DNA of 64,000 nucleotides from Verrucomicrobiia bacterium (GTDB taxonomy: Bacteria; Verrucomicrobiota; Verrucomicrobiia; Limisphaerales; UBA11358): NCBI GenBank assembly GCA_030038175.1, contig JASHPN010000234.1:5168-69167 (forward strand). Direction: 5' to 3'. Of the stretch, positions 51,719 to 61,041 are shown one piece after another. Each line of letters opens with the position of its first letter. Position 1 is the first letter of the stretch. Under the pieces are notes generated by a model. The model saw only the letters and a program-made list of their open reading frames with translations, did no database searches and had not been told where the DNA came from. The position numbers and the translations under genes are program-made.

Positions 51719-51769
51719 CTTGCGCTCTTAATTGCGTGGGAGCCGACGTAAGGAGGCTCTGACTAAACC
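51719..51769 (+). repeat. Interspersed repeat, family B, copy 3
   Basis: GCTTGCGCTCTTAATTGCGTGGGAGCCGACGTAAGGAGGCTCTGACTAAAC. It begins 48 nt after the stop of the upstream gene. Confidence 0.85.
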
Positions 51770-51836
51770 CGTTCATGGTACGCCATAACGGCCCCGCTCG
51801 AAAACCGTCGCGTCAGTTGCCGATCGCAAATTCCAA

Positions 51837-54029
51837 TCACGGCGAAAACGCTACAATGCTCAAAGGCGGCAGATAAATCTCCGTCGAATAATTCTGGTTA
51901 TGCCACTTATGTTCGTGCGCAAAAACTTCGCCGAAATTTCCGCCGTTGCCGCCGCCGTAACCTGCTGCGTCACTGTTCAATACTTCACGCCAACGCCCGG
52001 GCCGGGGCAGCCCAATGCGATACCGGTCCCGGGGCACGGGCGTCAGGTTGAGAATGATCGCCACTGGGTCCGCGCCGTCGCTCTTTTGGCGGACGAATGA
52101 CAAAACACTGTTCTCGTGGTCGGCGCAATCCAGCCAGTAAAATCCGCTGTGATCATAGTCGGCCTGCCAGAGCGAAGGTGTGGACGTATAAAGTTTATTC
52201 AGGTCCTCGACAAACGATTGCAGGCCGCGATGATAGGGCCCGGCGTCCAGAAGCCACCAATCAAGCTGGCCGTTCTCATTCCATTCGTTGCTTTGGCCAA
52301 ATTCGCCGCCCATGAACAGCAGCTTTTTGCCGGGGAACAGCCACTGGTACCCCAGCAGCGTCCGCAGGTTCGCAAATCTTTGCCAGTCATTGCCCGGCAT
52401 CCGGCGATGCAGCGAGCCTTTGCCATGCACCACTTCATCGTGCGACAAAGGCAGGATGAAATTTTCGTGATGATGATAAATCATCGCGAAGGTCAGATCA
52501 TTTTGGTGGAATTTCCGATACACCGGGTCCAGGCTGAAGTAGTTCAACGTATCGTGCATCCAACCCATGTTCCATTTGAAGGAAAAGCCCAGCCCCCCGA
52601 TGTAGGGCGGCCGGGTCACCTGCGGCCAGGCCGTGGATTCTTCCGCAATGGTCATGATGCCGGGAAATTCCACGTGGGCGATGTGGTTGACCTTCCGCAA
52701 AAAATCAATCGCTTCCAGATTTTCGCGCCCGCCATATTGGTTGGGCAGCCATTCGCCTGCCTTGCGCGAGTAATCCAAATAAAGCATGGATGCAACCGCG
52801 TCCACGCGCAGGCCGTCAATGTGGAAGCGGTCGCACCAATAGAGTGCGTTGGCCATGAGAAAATTGGAGACTTCATGGCGGCCGTAGTTGAAAATCAATG
52901 TGCCCCAGTCCTGGTGCGCCCCGCGCCGGGGGTCCTCGTGCTCGAACAATGCGGTCCCGTCAAACTGGGCCAGCGCCCAATCGTCCCTCGGAAAATGCGC
53001 CGGCACCCAATCAATAATCACGCCAATGCCCGCTTCATGCAGCGCGTTGACCAGAAATTGAAAATCATCCGGCGTCCCAAAACGGCTTGTCGGCGCAAAA
53101 AATCCCGTCACTTGGTAGCCCCAGGATGGATAAAACGCGTGCTCCGCCACCGGCAAAAATTCAACGTGCGTAAATCCCAGCCTTTTGACGTAGAGCACCA
53201 GCGGTTCGGCCAGCTCCCGGTAACTCCAGGATTCCGTCGCCGTTTTCTTTTTCCATGATCCCACGTGGACTTCGTAAATGCTCATGGGCGAACGCAGGAC
53301 ATCGCGGTCCTGGCGTTTCTTCAGCCAGGCCGTATCATTCCATTTGAACTTCCGGGTGTCCCAAACAATCGCGGCGTTTTTGGGCGGGACCTCAAAGAAA
53401 AATCCGAAAGGATCGGTCTTGAGCTTGATCTGGCCATGGGCATCGCGAATTTCGAACTTGTAATGCGAACCTTCACCCGCGCCAGGCACGAAAATTTCCC
53501 AGACCCCGGAGCCGCCCAGCAACCGCATCGGGTGGTACCGGCCGTCCCATTGATTGAAATCGCCCACTACGCTGACCCGTTGTGCATTGGGCGCCCAGAC
53601 GGCAAAACTCGTTCCGTGGATGCCGTCCATGACCCGCAGTTGCGCGCCCAGCTTTTCGTAAATTTTTCGTTCGTCGCCTTTGCCGAATAAATACAAGTCC
53701 GATTCGCCGAGAGTGGGTAGAAATGAAAATGCGTCCCGTGTGCGCCGCTTGCGGCCGTCCTTCGTGGTAACGACCAGATCATAGGCATACACTGTATTGG
53801 CCGCTTTGGTGACGCCTTCAAACAGGTCCGTGTTCGGGATGCGTTCCAGGGCGAATACGGGTTTGTTCTTCTCATGCACCGGTTGTAATTCCACCTGGGC
53901 CGCATCGGGCAAAAGGGCGCGGGTCACCAGCCCCGATTTATCGCCGAGGATATGCATTCCCAAAAGAGTATGCGGCGATTGATGTTTTAATTCGACCAAA
54001 CTCCTTAATTCTTCAGTCGTCAGAATCAT
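51837..54029 (-). CDS. glgB: 1,4-alpha-glucan branching enzyme
   Basis: From ATG 54029 the protein begins MILTTEELRSLVELKHQSPHTLLGMH. GH13 regions DWVPAHF, GLRVDAVASM, TIAEEST and LSHDEVVHG are present. 730 aa. Confidence 0.95.
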   Translation of the reverse strand: MILTTEELRSLVELKHQSPHTLLGMHILGDKSGLVTRALLPDAAQVELQPVHEKNKPVFALERIPNTDLFEGVTKAANTVYAYDLVVTTKDGRKRRTRDAFSFLPTLGESDLYLFGKGDERKIYEKLGAQLRVMDGIHGTSFAVWAPNAQRVSVVGDFNQWDGRYHPMRLLGGSGVWEIFVPGAGEGSHYKFEIRDAHGQIKLKTDPFGFFFEVPPKNAAIVWDTRKFKWNDTAWLKKRQDRDVLRSPMSIYEVHVGSWKKKTATESWSYRELAEPLVLYVKRLGFTHVEFLPVAEHAFYPSWGYQVTGFFAPTSRFGTPDDFQFLVNALHEAGIGVIIDWVPAHFPRDDWALAQFDGTALFEHEDPRRGAHQDWGTLIFNYGRHEVSNFLMANALYWCDRFHIDGLRVDAVASMLYLDYSRKAGEWLPNQYGGRENLEAIDFLRKVNHIAHVEFPGIMTIAEESTAWPQVTRPPYIGGLGFSFKWNMGWMHDTLNYFSLDPVYRKFHQNDLTFAMIYHHHENFILPLSHDEVVHGKGSLHRRMPGNDWQRFANLRTLLGYQWLFPGKKLLFMGGEFGQSNEWNENGQLDWWLLDAGPYHRGLQSFVEDLNKLYTSTPSLWQADYDHSGFYWLDCADHENSVLSFVRQKSDGADPVAIILNLTPVPRDRYRIGLPRPGRWREVLNSDAAGYGGGNGGNFGEVFAHEHKWHNQNYSTEIYLPPLSIVAFSP

Positions 54030-54258
54030 GCAATTGGATTCTAGCACGAATTTTCCCAAACGCACTCTTTTGTTTTCCGTAGTGGAGCAGGCATCCTGCC
54101 TGTTTTTTTCTGTCAGGGGACTCCGCATCCGTCGTCTCCGTCCTATCGGTCCCATTCCCTCCTTGAACGATTCCTCTCCGGGGTGGGAAGGGCTGCCTGT
54201 CCGTCATCGCTGGATGATGTCCGTCGAACGCGAGCTTTATAACAGCCGAGTCTGCGAG

Positions 54259-54406
54259 GCGCTAACTGAAACCCTGTAAGGGTGACATATAGTAGCCCAG
54301 GGCAGAGCGCGAGTCTGCGAGCGCGCCGCCCTGGGTTAAAAGCCCCTAAGATTAAGCCGCTATTTGCGAAGCCGCGCGATAGCGCGATTTTGCTATGCGG
54401 CCAACC
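54259..54406 (+). repeat. Structured interspersed repeat, family C, copy 1 (~150 nt)
   Basis: It shares three modules with the copies at 56094 and 61042: GCTAACTGA + small hairpin + TAGTAGCC, a central stem CCCAGGGC (54296-54303) / GCCCTGGG (54328-54335), and the 3-prime module CCGCTATTTGCGAAGCCGCGCGATAGCGCGATTTTGCTATGCGGCC. Confidence 0.75.
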
Positions 54407-54416
54407 TGAAATAGAA

Positions 54417-54845
54417 TCATATAAGCTCCTCTGGGTTTGGCTCTGCCGGCAGCGGCAATGGTGCATCCTGCAAAAGATGAAAAGCGTTGTGATACTCATG
54501 GCCAAGAGCCTCCTTTGACCTTCCGTCCGTGGAAATGACAATCGCTTCGTCGTCAGGGCGAATGTTGCCGACCCACCTGTGAACCCCGTCCAGAAAATCA
54601 TGGCTAAAAAAATCTCTGAGATTTTTGAAGGGGAGAACGAACGCGTCATTGAATTTGGTTGAACCGTTGATAACTAAGCAAAAATCATTACCGTAAGAAT
54701 CGATATAACCTCGAAGCCTGCCCTCATAAAAATTGAAGAACATCGTCTTTGTAGTAGCGTCAGTGACGTAATGCCGCTCTCCAAGTCTCGCGCGGTGATG
54801 TGTGACGTACGATTGCGGGCTCCGCCAATTTTCTCTGGGTTTCAT
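54417..54845 (-). CDS. Hypothetical protein (orphan, lower GC)
   Basis: ATG 54845. 142 aa with no signal peptide and no motif recognised. Confidence 0.4.
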   Translation of the reverse strand: MKPRENWRSPQSYVTHHRARLGERHYVTDATTKTMFFNFYEGRLRGYIDSYGNDFCLVINGSTKFNDAFVLPFKNLRDFFSHDFLDGVHRWVGNIRPDDEAIVISTDGRSKEALGHEYHNAFHLLQDAPLPLPAEPNPEELI

Positions 54846-54990
54846 AGCCGAATTTTACGATTTTAGGTAACCTGTCAACACTCTTTCTTTGAACATGCGG
54901 GGAGGGTCTTCCTAAAGAACGGGGACGAAATTGTCTTGATTTTCAAGCATTTTGTTTGAACTCCGAACCTTCGATTTGTCATGATGCCTC

Positions 54991-56058
54991 ATGCTGGACA
55001 CGATCCTCCGCCCCATTCTCTTTTTAAGTCTCTTGGCTCTATTCCTTTCCCTGAACGCCGGTTGTGTTGCCAATCGTTCCACCACCGGTGTGACTTACAC
55101 CAATCCCGTTTTCGCCGCGGATATGCCCGATCCCTCAGTCAAAAAGTTCGGCCGATATTATTACGCCTTTGGCACCACGGACCAGAGGCGGCTGCCGGAC
55201 GGACGCATTTTTACCCTGCTGCGCTCCCGTGACCTTGTGCATTGGGAAAAACTCGGTGGCGCCCTGGCGCCCCCGTTCACCAATGCCGATTACGCGTATT
55301 GGGCCCCGGAAATCACCCGGAATCGCGGTGGGTATTATTTGTATTACGCCATGGGCGACGAACAGGCGGAACATTTTGTCATTCGTGTTGGTCTCAGTGA
55401 CAGGCCGGAGGGTCCTTATACGGACAGCGGAGCGGTATTGGCCGATTGCCAGTCGAATCGTTTCACCATTGATCCCTTTCCTTTTCGCGATGATGACGGC
55501 CGGTGGTATCTGTTTTATGCCTCCGATTTTCCGTTCGACTCACCCGGGTACCACGCCGGCACCGGCATCAAAGTCGAGCCTTTACTCAACATGACTACGC
55601 CGGCGGACGATTGCCGCGTTGTCGTCCGGCCGGCCTTTGATTGGACTCTCTATGAAGCCAATCGCCGCATGGATGTGTTTCATCAGACATTTGCCGCCTG
55701 GCACACCATCGAAGGTCCGTGCGTGGTGAAACACGATGGAGAATACTATTGCTTCTACAGCGGTGCAAACTGGCGCACCGCGCGCTACGGCGTGGACTAC
55801 GTTGTGGCGGACAACCCGATGGGGCCGTATTCCGGAGCCGGGGACCATGCGCGCGTTTTGCACAGTGTGCCTGGCAAAACATTTGGTCCGGGCGGAATCT
55901 CGATCGTGACCGGCCCCGATGGAAAAACGCAATACATTGTCTATCACGCGTGGAACCGGCAAAGAACCGAACGCCAGATGTGTATTGATAAACTGGAATG
56001 GGCCCCTGACGGCCCCCGTTGCGTACCGACCGTTACCCCACAGACGATCGCGCCTTAA
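54991..56058 (+). CDS. Glycoside hydrolase family 43 lipoprotein (beta-xylosidase/alpha-L-arabinofuranosidase-like)
   Basis: Lipobox LSLNAGC. GH43 motifs YTNPVFAADMPDPSV and YAYWAPEITRNRGGYYLYYA, and TIEGPCVVKHDGEYYCFYS with the catalytic Glu region. Confidence 0.85.
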   Translation: MLDTILRPILFLSLLALFLSLNAGCVANRSTTGVTYTNPVFAADMPDPSVKKFGRYYYAFGTTDQRRLPDGRIFTLLRSRDLVHWEKLGGALAPPFTNADYAYWAPEITRNRGGYYLYYAMGDEQAEHFVIRVGLSDRPEGPYTDSGAVLADCQSNRFTIDPFPFRDDDGRWYLFYASDFPFDSPGYHAGTGIKVEPLLNMTTPADDCRVVVRPAFDWTLYEANRRMDVFHQTFAAWHTIEGPCVVKHDGEYYCFYSGANWRTARYGVDYVVADNPMGPYSGAGDHARVLHSVPGKTFGPGGISIVTGPDGKTQYIVYHAWNRQRTERQMCIDKLEWAPDGPRCVPTVTPQTIAP

Positions 56059-56093
56059 TAATGGTAGGGACATCGCGCTGAACCTCCAAATGA

Positions 56094-56250
56094 ATCCGGC
56101 GCAGCCGCTAACTGAGCGCCCTGGAAGGGCACTGGATATTAGCCGGGGGTAAGCGAATCCGTGAGCGCAACCCCCGGTGACCGTCCATACAAGTTCCAGC
56201 CGCTAATTGCGAAGCCGCGCGACAACGCGAGTCTTTTATGCGGCCAAATC
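56094..56250 (+). repeat. Structured interspersed repeat, family C, copy 2
   Basis: ATCCGGCGCAGCCGCTAACTGAGCGCCCTGGAAGGGCAC..., then the stem CCGGGGG (56143-56149) / CCCCCGG (56171-56177), then ...CCGCTAATTGCGAAGCCGCGCGACAACGCGAGTCTTTTATGCGGCC. Confidence 0.75.
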
Positions 56251-56273
56251 CACAAACCCGGTCCGGCGCATTT

Positions 56274-57164
56274 TCACTTCCCCGCATTCGCTCCCCTGAC
56301 CGCCATCCGAATCGAATAAAGCGATTTACTGGCCGTGATAAAAAGCGTTTTGTGGTCCGGTCCCCCAAAACACAGGTTGCCCGTCCACGCTTCCGGCACG
56401 TTAATATGTCGGATCTGCGTTCCCTTTGAATCATAGATAAAAACGCCATGGCCGGTCACATAAACGTCTCCCGCCTCATCCATCGTCATGCCGTCCGAAC
56501 CTTTGGCGCAGAATAGCGTTTTATTGGTCAGCGAACCGTCCGGCAAAATGTCATAGCGCCAGGTCTGCCCCGCGCCCAGATCGGAAATAAACAATGTCTT
56601 CCCATCCGGCGCGCCGGTGATTCCATTGGGCGTCTTTAAATCATCCGTCACTCGTCTCAAATTGTGGTGGCCGGGCGGCAGGTAATAAACCTCCTGGTTC
56701 GGCAAGTCCATCTTCGTGTGGTCCCACCAGGTCCGGCGATAAAACGGATCGGTGAGGTACATGCCGCCATTGGGCGCGATCCAAACATCATTCGGCCCAT
56801 TGAGATATTTCCCATTATAATTCGTCACCAGAACCGTCACCGTTTTGTCCGGCGCAATCGCCCACAGCTCGTTATGTTCATCCGCGCAGGCAATGAGATT
56901 TCCCCGGGCGTCAAATTCCATGCCGTTCGCGTGGCCGGAAGGTTGCATGAAAACCGAGAGCTTGCCGTCCGTGCTCCATTCCATAATGCGATTATCGGGC
57001 TGGTCCACGAAAAACACATTTCCACTTTCGTCGCAAGTCGCCCCTTCCGTGTAGGCAAATCCCCCGGCCAGTTTTTGCAACGTCGCCCCCGGCGCGATGA
57101 CGTCCCGCGCCTGCGATGAAAAAGCAAAAAAGGACATCATGAGAGCCAGACGGGATATTTTCAT
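56274..57164 (-). CDS. SMP-30/gluconolactonase/LRE family protein (secreted lactonase-like)
   Basis: From ATG 57164 the protein begins MKISRLALMMSFFAFSSQA (signal peptide). Motifs TEGATCDESGNVFFVDQPDNRI, NGPNDVWIAPNGGMYLTDP and PNGITGAPDGKTLFISD fit a six-bladed propeller lactonase family. Confidence 0.8.
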   Translation of the reverse strand: MKISRLALMMSFFAFSSQARDVIAPGATLQKLAGGFAYTEGATCDESGNVFFVDQPDNRIMEWSTDGKLSVFMQPSGHANGMEFDARGNLIACADEHNELWAIAPDKTVTVLVTNYNGKYLNGPNDVWIAPNGGMYLTDPFYRRTWWDHTKMDLPNQEVYYLPPGHHNLRRVTDDLKTPNGITGAPDGKTLFISDLGAGQTWRYDILPDGSLTNKTLFCAKGSDGMTMDEAGDVYVTGHGVFIYDSKGTQIRHINVPEAWTGNLCFGGPDHKTLFITASKSLYSIRMAVRGANAGK

Positions 57165-57454
57165 ATGCACAAAGTGCCTTGGGATGTGGGAGGGAATCCA
57201 TAAAAAAGAGAAAGCGGCAATGGGGCCGGGGCCTCACCAGGAGACAGCCGTTTTTGAAACCCCTATGCCCCGTGCCACTTGATGTCTTATTTGTGTATCA
57301 ACTTGTCCCAAATTGACCTTTCGAGACAGCCCTCACTTCAGGGTATGCTGCGCCGACGTAAATACCTACGCCAGCTTAGGTTCTGTCTGCGGTTTTCAAC
57401 GACTCCGGGCGGGTGAGAGCTATTCGGGCTGTTTCAATATAATTTCAGCCGGGG

Positions 57455-57484
57455 AACAACAAACAACAAACAACAAACGACAAG
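57455..57484 (+). repeat. CA-rich heptamer tract (CAACAAA x3-4) in the 5-prime leader of the PEP-CTERM gene
   Basis: AACAACAAACAACAAACAACAAACGACAAG ends 23 nt before ATG 57508. A TATAAT hexamer lies at 57438..57443. Confidence 0.7.
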
Positions 57485-57507
57485 AGTAAAAATAAACAAC
57501 GCCAAAA

Positions 57508-58200
57508 ATGAAAAAACAGATTGTAATAACAGTAACGGCACTGGCTGCATTGGCCGTGATGCCGGTCCTCACGAGCGCGCAAGTGATAGTCGAAACAGTA
57601 ACCTCGGGCCAACAAAGTGTCACTTCTTTGGGGAGTTCCTCCGGCACATTGAACCTGACAGGTAGCCAATTCAACCCGGCGCTCGGCGTGTTAAACAGCG
57701 TCACTCTTTCCCTTACGGCCGACTTGAGCGGAACTGAGGTTGGAGGATTTAGGACGGGACCTCCAGATAATGATTCCTGGCCCGTCGAATGGAACTACAG
57801 CGGAAACGTATCGCTTTTGGGTATGTCCAGCGCCTGGAGCGGTACTGGCACGACGGACGTCAATCCAACCGCCGAATTTCTCCCAGAGTATGTTTCGCTC
57901 AACCTAAGCGCACCCAGCGACAGTATTGTACTTTCATCTGGTTTAGCCCAATTCGTGGGGAGCGGGTCGTTCGACTTAATTGCGGCGCTAAATACCGTCG
58001 CAAGCTGGGGAAGCACGCCGAATAATGCCAACGAATATGCAAATTTCGACCCTTATGCAGGAGCGACGTTGACGGTTACCTATGACTACACTCCGGCTCC
58101 AGTTCCCGAACCTGCGACGATCCTCTCTGGCGCGTTATTGCTGCTGCCGTTTGGCATCGGCAGTGTCCGCGCCCTCCGCCGAAAACTGGCGAATGCCTGA
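57508..58200 (+). CDS. PEP-CTERM sorting-domain secreted protein (second)
   Basis: Signal peptide MKKQIVITVTALAALAVMPVLTSAQV. The C-terminus reads PVPEPATILSGALLLLPFGIGSVRALRRKLANA. Confidence 0.8.
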   Translation: MKKQIVITVTALAALAVMPVLTSAQVIVETVTSGQQSVTSLGSSSGTLNLTGSQFNPALGVLNSVTLSLTADLSGTEVGGFRTGPPDNDSWPVEWNYSGNVSLLGMSSAWSGTGTTDVNPTAEFLPEYVSLNLSAPSDSIVLSSGLAQFVGSGSFDLIAALNTVASWGSTPNNANEYANFDPYAGATLTVTYDYTPAPVPEPATILSGALLLLPFGIGSVRALRRKLANA

Positions 58201-58216
58201 TCGGCGCCAGATTTAC

Positions 58217-58249
58217 AAACCCGCAAAGCATTGTGCTTCGCGGGTTTTT
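58217..58249 (+). terminator. Rho-independent terminator between convergent genes
   Basis: AAACCCGCAAAGCA-TTG-TGCTTCGCGGGTTT forms a 14-bp stem with one mismatch, followed by TTC. It begins 17 nt after the PEP-CTERM gene stop. Confidence 0.7.
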
Positions 58250-58278
58250 CTATGCCAAATGGAAATGCGCCACCTTGG

Positions 58279-60924
58279 CTATTCCGTCCCTGCGATTTGC
58301 CCCCGCGTTACCCCGAGTTGGTTCAATAATTTCAATTCCCGCCATAATTGCTGCCCGGTGATTTCCCCGTGCAACAGTTGCCGATAACGCGAAACCGTCG
58401 TTCGGATTTGTTCCGGCGTTTCATTCAGAAATTCGATGCGGAAATGACGGGCGCCCAGGGCCATCATATGCGGAACATAATCCGCGCCGGTCTGGGCCAG
58501 GGCATTGAAAACCGTGTTACGGCAACCGGCATCGGCTTTGAGCGGATGCAGTGCGCCCACGCGATCCCGCAATTGTGCGTCGTGCTTGTCGCACGGACGG
58601 CCGCAGTTCGTATAATCCGTGCCGTTCGAGAGGAAAGCGCAAAAGACGCAATGCTCCATGTGAAACATGGGGATATGCTGATGAATCGTGATTTCAAACC
58701 ATTCCGGCGGCGCGCCGCGCAGTAATGCCTCCAACTGCCCAAAATTCAGGTCGTATGACGCCGTGACCCGTTCAAGCCCGAATTTGTTCTTGAAATAATC
58801 AGCGGACAGACTGTTGGCAACATTCAGCGAATAATCGCCAATGCACCGGTCCGATGCGAAAAATCGAAGATGATCATAGTTGCGAACCAAATAACCGTCC
58901 GCCTCGCACGAGAGCACCTGCTTGAGGACCCACTCTTCACCCGTCTTAAATATGCGCGGCGGCGCGACGAAAATGGATCGCTCTTTCGCTTTTTCCCGAA
59001 ACAACCGGACCGCATCCCGGTATTTTTTCGGATCTTCAAATTCGCAATACACAGTTTCCACGCCGCATTCAATGGCCGCCTCAAGCTGAAGCATTGAGCG
59101 CACGAGAACAATCAACTGTGGTTGGTCCATCGCTTGCATGGTAGGGACGGCGCGCTGCGCCGTCCGCGCCGCGTCCAGCGGCGCAACGCTCACAGGATTA
59201 AGCGTCCATCGTCGCGACCGTCCGCGCCGCGCCAGCAATTCCTCCACGGCCTCCCGTCGCAGGCGATTGAGTTCGCTAAGCGGCAACATTACATCGCCCT
59301 CAAGCCGGTTGTCCAATGCGCCCAACGTGAACGGCGTGCCGCCGAACCGCCCCAATTGGGCGCGCAATCGTTCCGTCGTCAGCGGTTGCTTGTCCGCGCG
59401 GGCCAGGGTCATCGTGGATTTAAGGCAAACGTCATAGCCAAATTCATCGCGGACGAGCAGAGTCAATGGCTGTCCGGCGGCTCCGTGAAGTTCCATGGAG
59501 AGCGGCCGTTGAAATTTTGGAGAGTCACCGGCAAAGGTCTGGCGCAGCCGCCGGTCCAATTCCGGGTCGCTGGTTTTCCAAAGCTTATCGCCCTTGCGAA
59601 TGCGGTTAAAATCAATGTCCCCTTGTCCAAAACTCAGCCAGGCGTCCGCGCCCCGTTTCTCGACGGTATAGACTCGCCCGCCTTCCTCCATTTCCTCGGG
59701 ATGACCCGCGTCGAACACCACTCCGTCGCCGGCCTTCAGCGGCCCTTGCAACATCAGCCGAACGCGGCGTCCCTCGATGGCCGCGACTTCACCCAGATAC
59801 ACCCCGCGTTTTTTCCCAAAGCGCCCGTGAACGAGCTCTTGATTGTTAACCCCGCGAAACCACCCCGTGTAAAGCCCCCGCGAAAACGCCATCTCCATGT
59901 CATACCGCGAATTCGAGGACGAGGAAACACGTTGAGATTCCTCAATAATTGGACGCACGCCGGATCCTTGAATAGGAGCGCGGCCTTCAGGCCGCTTCAA
60001 CGTCCGATGCGAAAGGAACGTAGAAGCCATATAAGCGCCTGATGCCGATTCGTCGAGAGAGCTTTTCAATTCATCCAGCGCCCCGCGATAAACCCGCGTG
60101 ATATTGGCGACATACTCCGGCGATTTCAGCCGGCCTTCAATTTTAAGCGATGCCACACCCGCCCGCGCCAAGTCCGGCAACAATTCCAAACCGGCAAGGT
60201 CTTGCGGGCTTAGCAAATATTTGCGGTCGCCCAACGGTACCAATTCGCCGTCCGAAATTAATTCATAAGGCAGGCGGCAGGCCTGCGCGCAAACGCCTCG
60301 ATTCGCCGAACGCCCGCCCAGCGACTCACTCGTCAGGCATTGTCCCGAATAAGCCACGCACAGCGCGCCATGTACGAAAACCTCCAATGGAAGTGTTGCG
60401 TCCGGCGCCCCGGCCACGATGCCTTCAATTTCCTTGAGCGAACATTCACGCGCCAGCACCACCAGCTGGCAGCCCAGCTCCCGGGCGAATTCCACGCCCG
60501 CCGTGCTCGTGACCGTCATTTGGGTCGAGACATGGATCGGAATATCCGGCGAGAGCCGCCGAATCATCCGGCAAACGCCAACGTCCTGGACAATGGCCGC
60601 GTCCACTCCCGCGGCAATCATGGCGCGCAGGCATTCCTCCGCCGCCGCCATTTCATTTTCAAATACCAGGGTGTTAAAAGTGACGTAACCTTTGACTCCG
60701 CGTTTGTGAAGAAACTCCATCAGCGGCGGCAAATCCTTCTGGCTGAAATTATGGGCGCGCATCCGCGCATTGAACTTTTCCAGTCCGAAATAGATGGCAT
60801 CCGCGCCATTCTCGACCGCCGCGCGGGCGCATTCCCAGTCTCCCGCTGGCGCCAGCAACTCCGGCACGCGCAACGGGGCTTTCGTGCGCGCCGTTTCGGG
60901 AATGGTTGTATCAAGGCTGTTCAT
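58279..60924 (-). CDS. U32 family peptidase-like protein (long, DUF3656-type architecture)
   Basis: From ATG 60924 the protein begins MNSLDTT...PELLAPAGDWECARAAVENGADAIYFG. Cys-rich motifs ALCVAYSGQCLTSESLGGRSANRGVCAQACR and the second-module motif EHCVFCAFLS are present. About 880 aa. Confidence 0.85.
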   Translation of the reverse strand: MNSLDTTIPETARTKAPLRVPELLAPAGDWECARAAVENGADAIYFGLEKFNARMRAHNFSQKDLPPLMEFLHKRGVKGYVTFNTLVFENEMAAAEECLRAMIAAGVDAAIVQDVGVCRMIRRLSPDIPIHVSTQMTVTSTAGVEFARELGCQLVVLARECSLKEIEGIVAGAPDATLPLEVFVHGALCVAYSGQCLTSESLGGRSANRGVCAQACRLPYELISDGELVPLGDRKYLLSPQDLAGLELLPDLARAGVASLKIEGRLKSPEYVANITRVYRGALDELKSSLDESASGAYMASTFLSHRTLKRPEGRAPIQGSGVRPIIEESQRVSSSSNSRYDMEMAFSRGLYTGWFRGVNNQELVHGRFGKKRGVYLGEVAAIEGRRVRLMLQGPLKAGDGVVFDAGHPEEMEEGGRVYTVEKRGADAWLSFGQGDIDFNRIRKGDKLWKTSDPELDRRLRQTFAGDSPKFQRPLSMELHGAAGQPLTLLVRDEFGYDVCLKSTMTLARADKQPLTTERLRAQLGRFGGTPFTLGALDNRLEGDVMLPLSELNRLRREAVEELLARRGRSRRWTLNPVSVAPLDAARTAQRAVPTMQAMDQPQLIVLVRSMLQLEAAIECGVETVYCEFEDPKKYRDAVRLFREKAKERSIFVAPPRIFKTGEEWVLKQVLSCEADGYLVRNYDHLRFFASDRCIGDYSLNVANSLSADYFKNKFGLERVTASYDLNFGQLEALLRGAPPEWFEITIHQHIPMFHMEHCVFCAFLSNGTDYTNCGRPCDKHDAQLRDRVGALHPLKADAGCRNTVFNALAQTGADYVPHMMALGARHFRIEFLNETPEQIRTTVSRYRQLLHGEITGQQLWRELKLLNQLGVTRGQIAGTE

Positions 60925-61041
60925 CGGCAAACTACCTCGAAATGTAAATTAAAAATGAAAAAGAAAAAGAAAAAAGGGGGAGTGTGCTGCGTGATTGTGC
61001 AGTGTGCACTGCTATGTATCGTGACCATGAACCAAAGCATC

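Noticed and set aside
52116-53258. 380-aa plus-strand ORF opposite glgB, and comparable long antisense ORFs at 36277..37353, 30352..31191, 27167..28099, 45730..46743 and 59122..60042
   Set aside because: Each lies opposite a gene with unambiguous family motifs. Their compositions are typical of GC-rich antisense frames.
59955-60000. Possible repeat-element insertion in the U32 peptidase (hairpin GCGGCCTGAAGGCCGC encoding LKRPEGRAP)
   Set aside because: There is only a single occurrence in this window, so I cannot show it belongs to a repeat family. It may simply be a linker. Genome-wide BLASTN of the 45-nt segment would decide.
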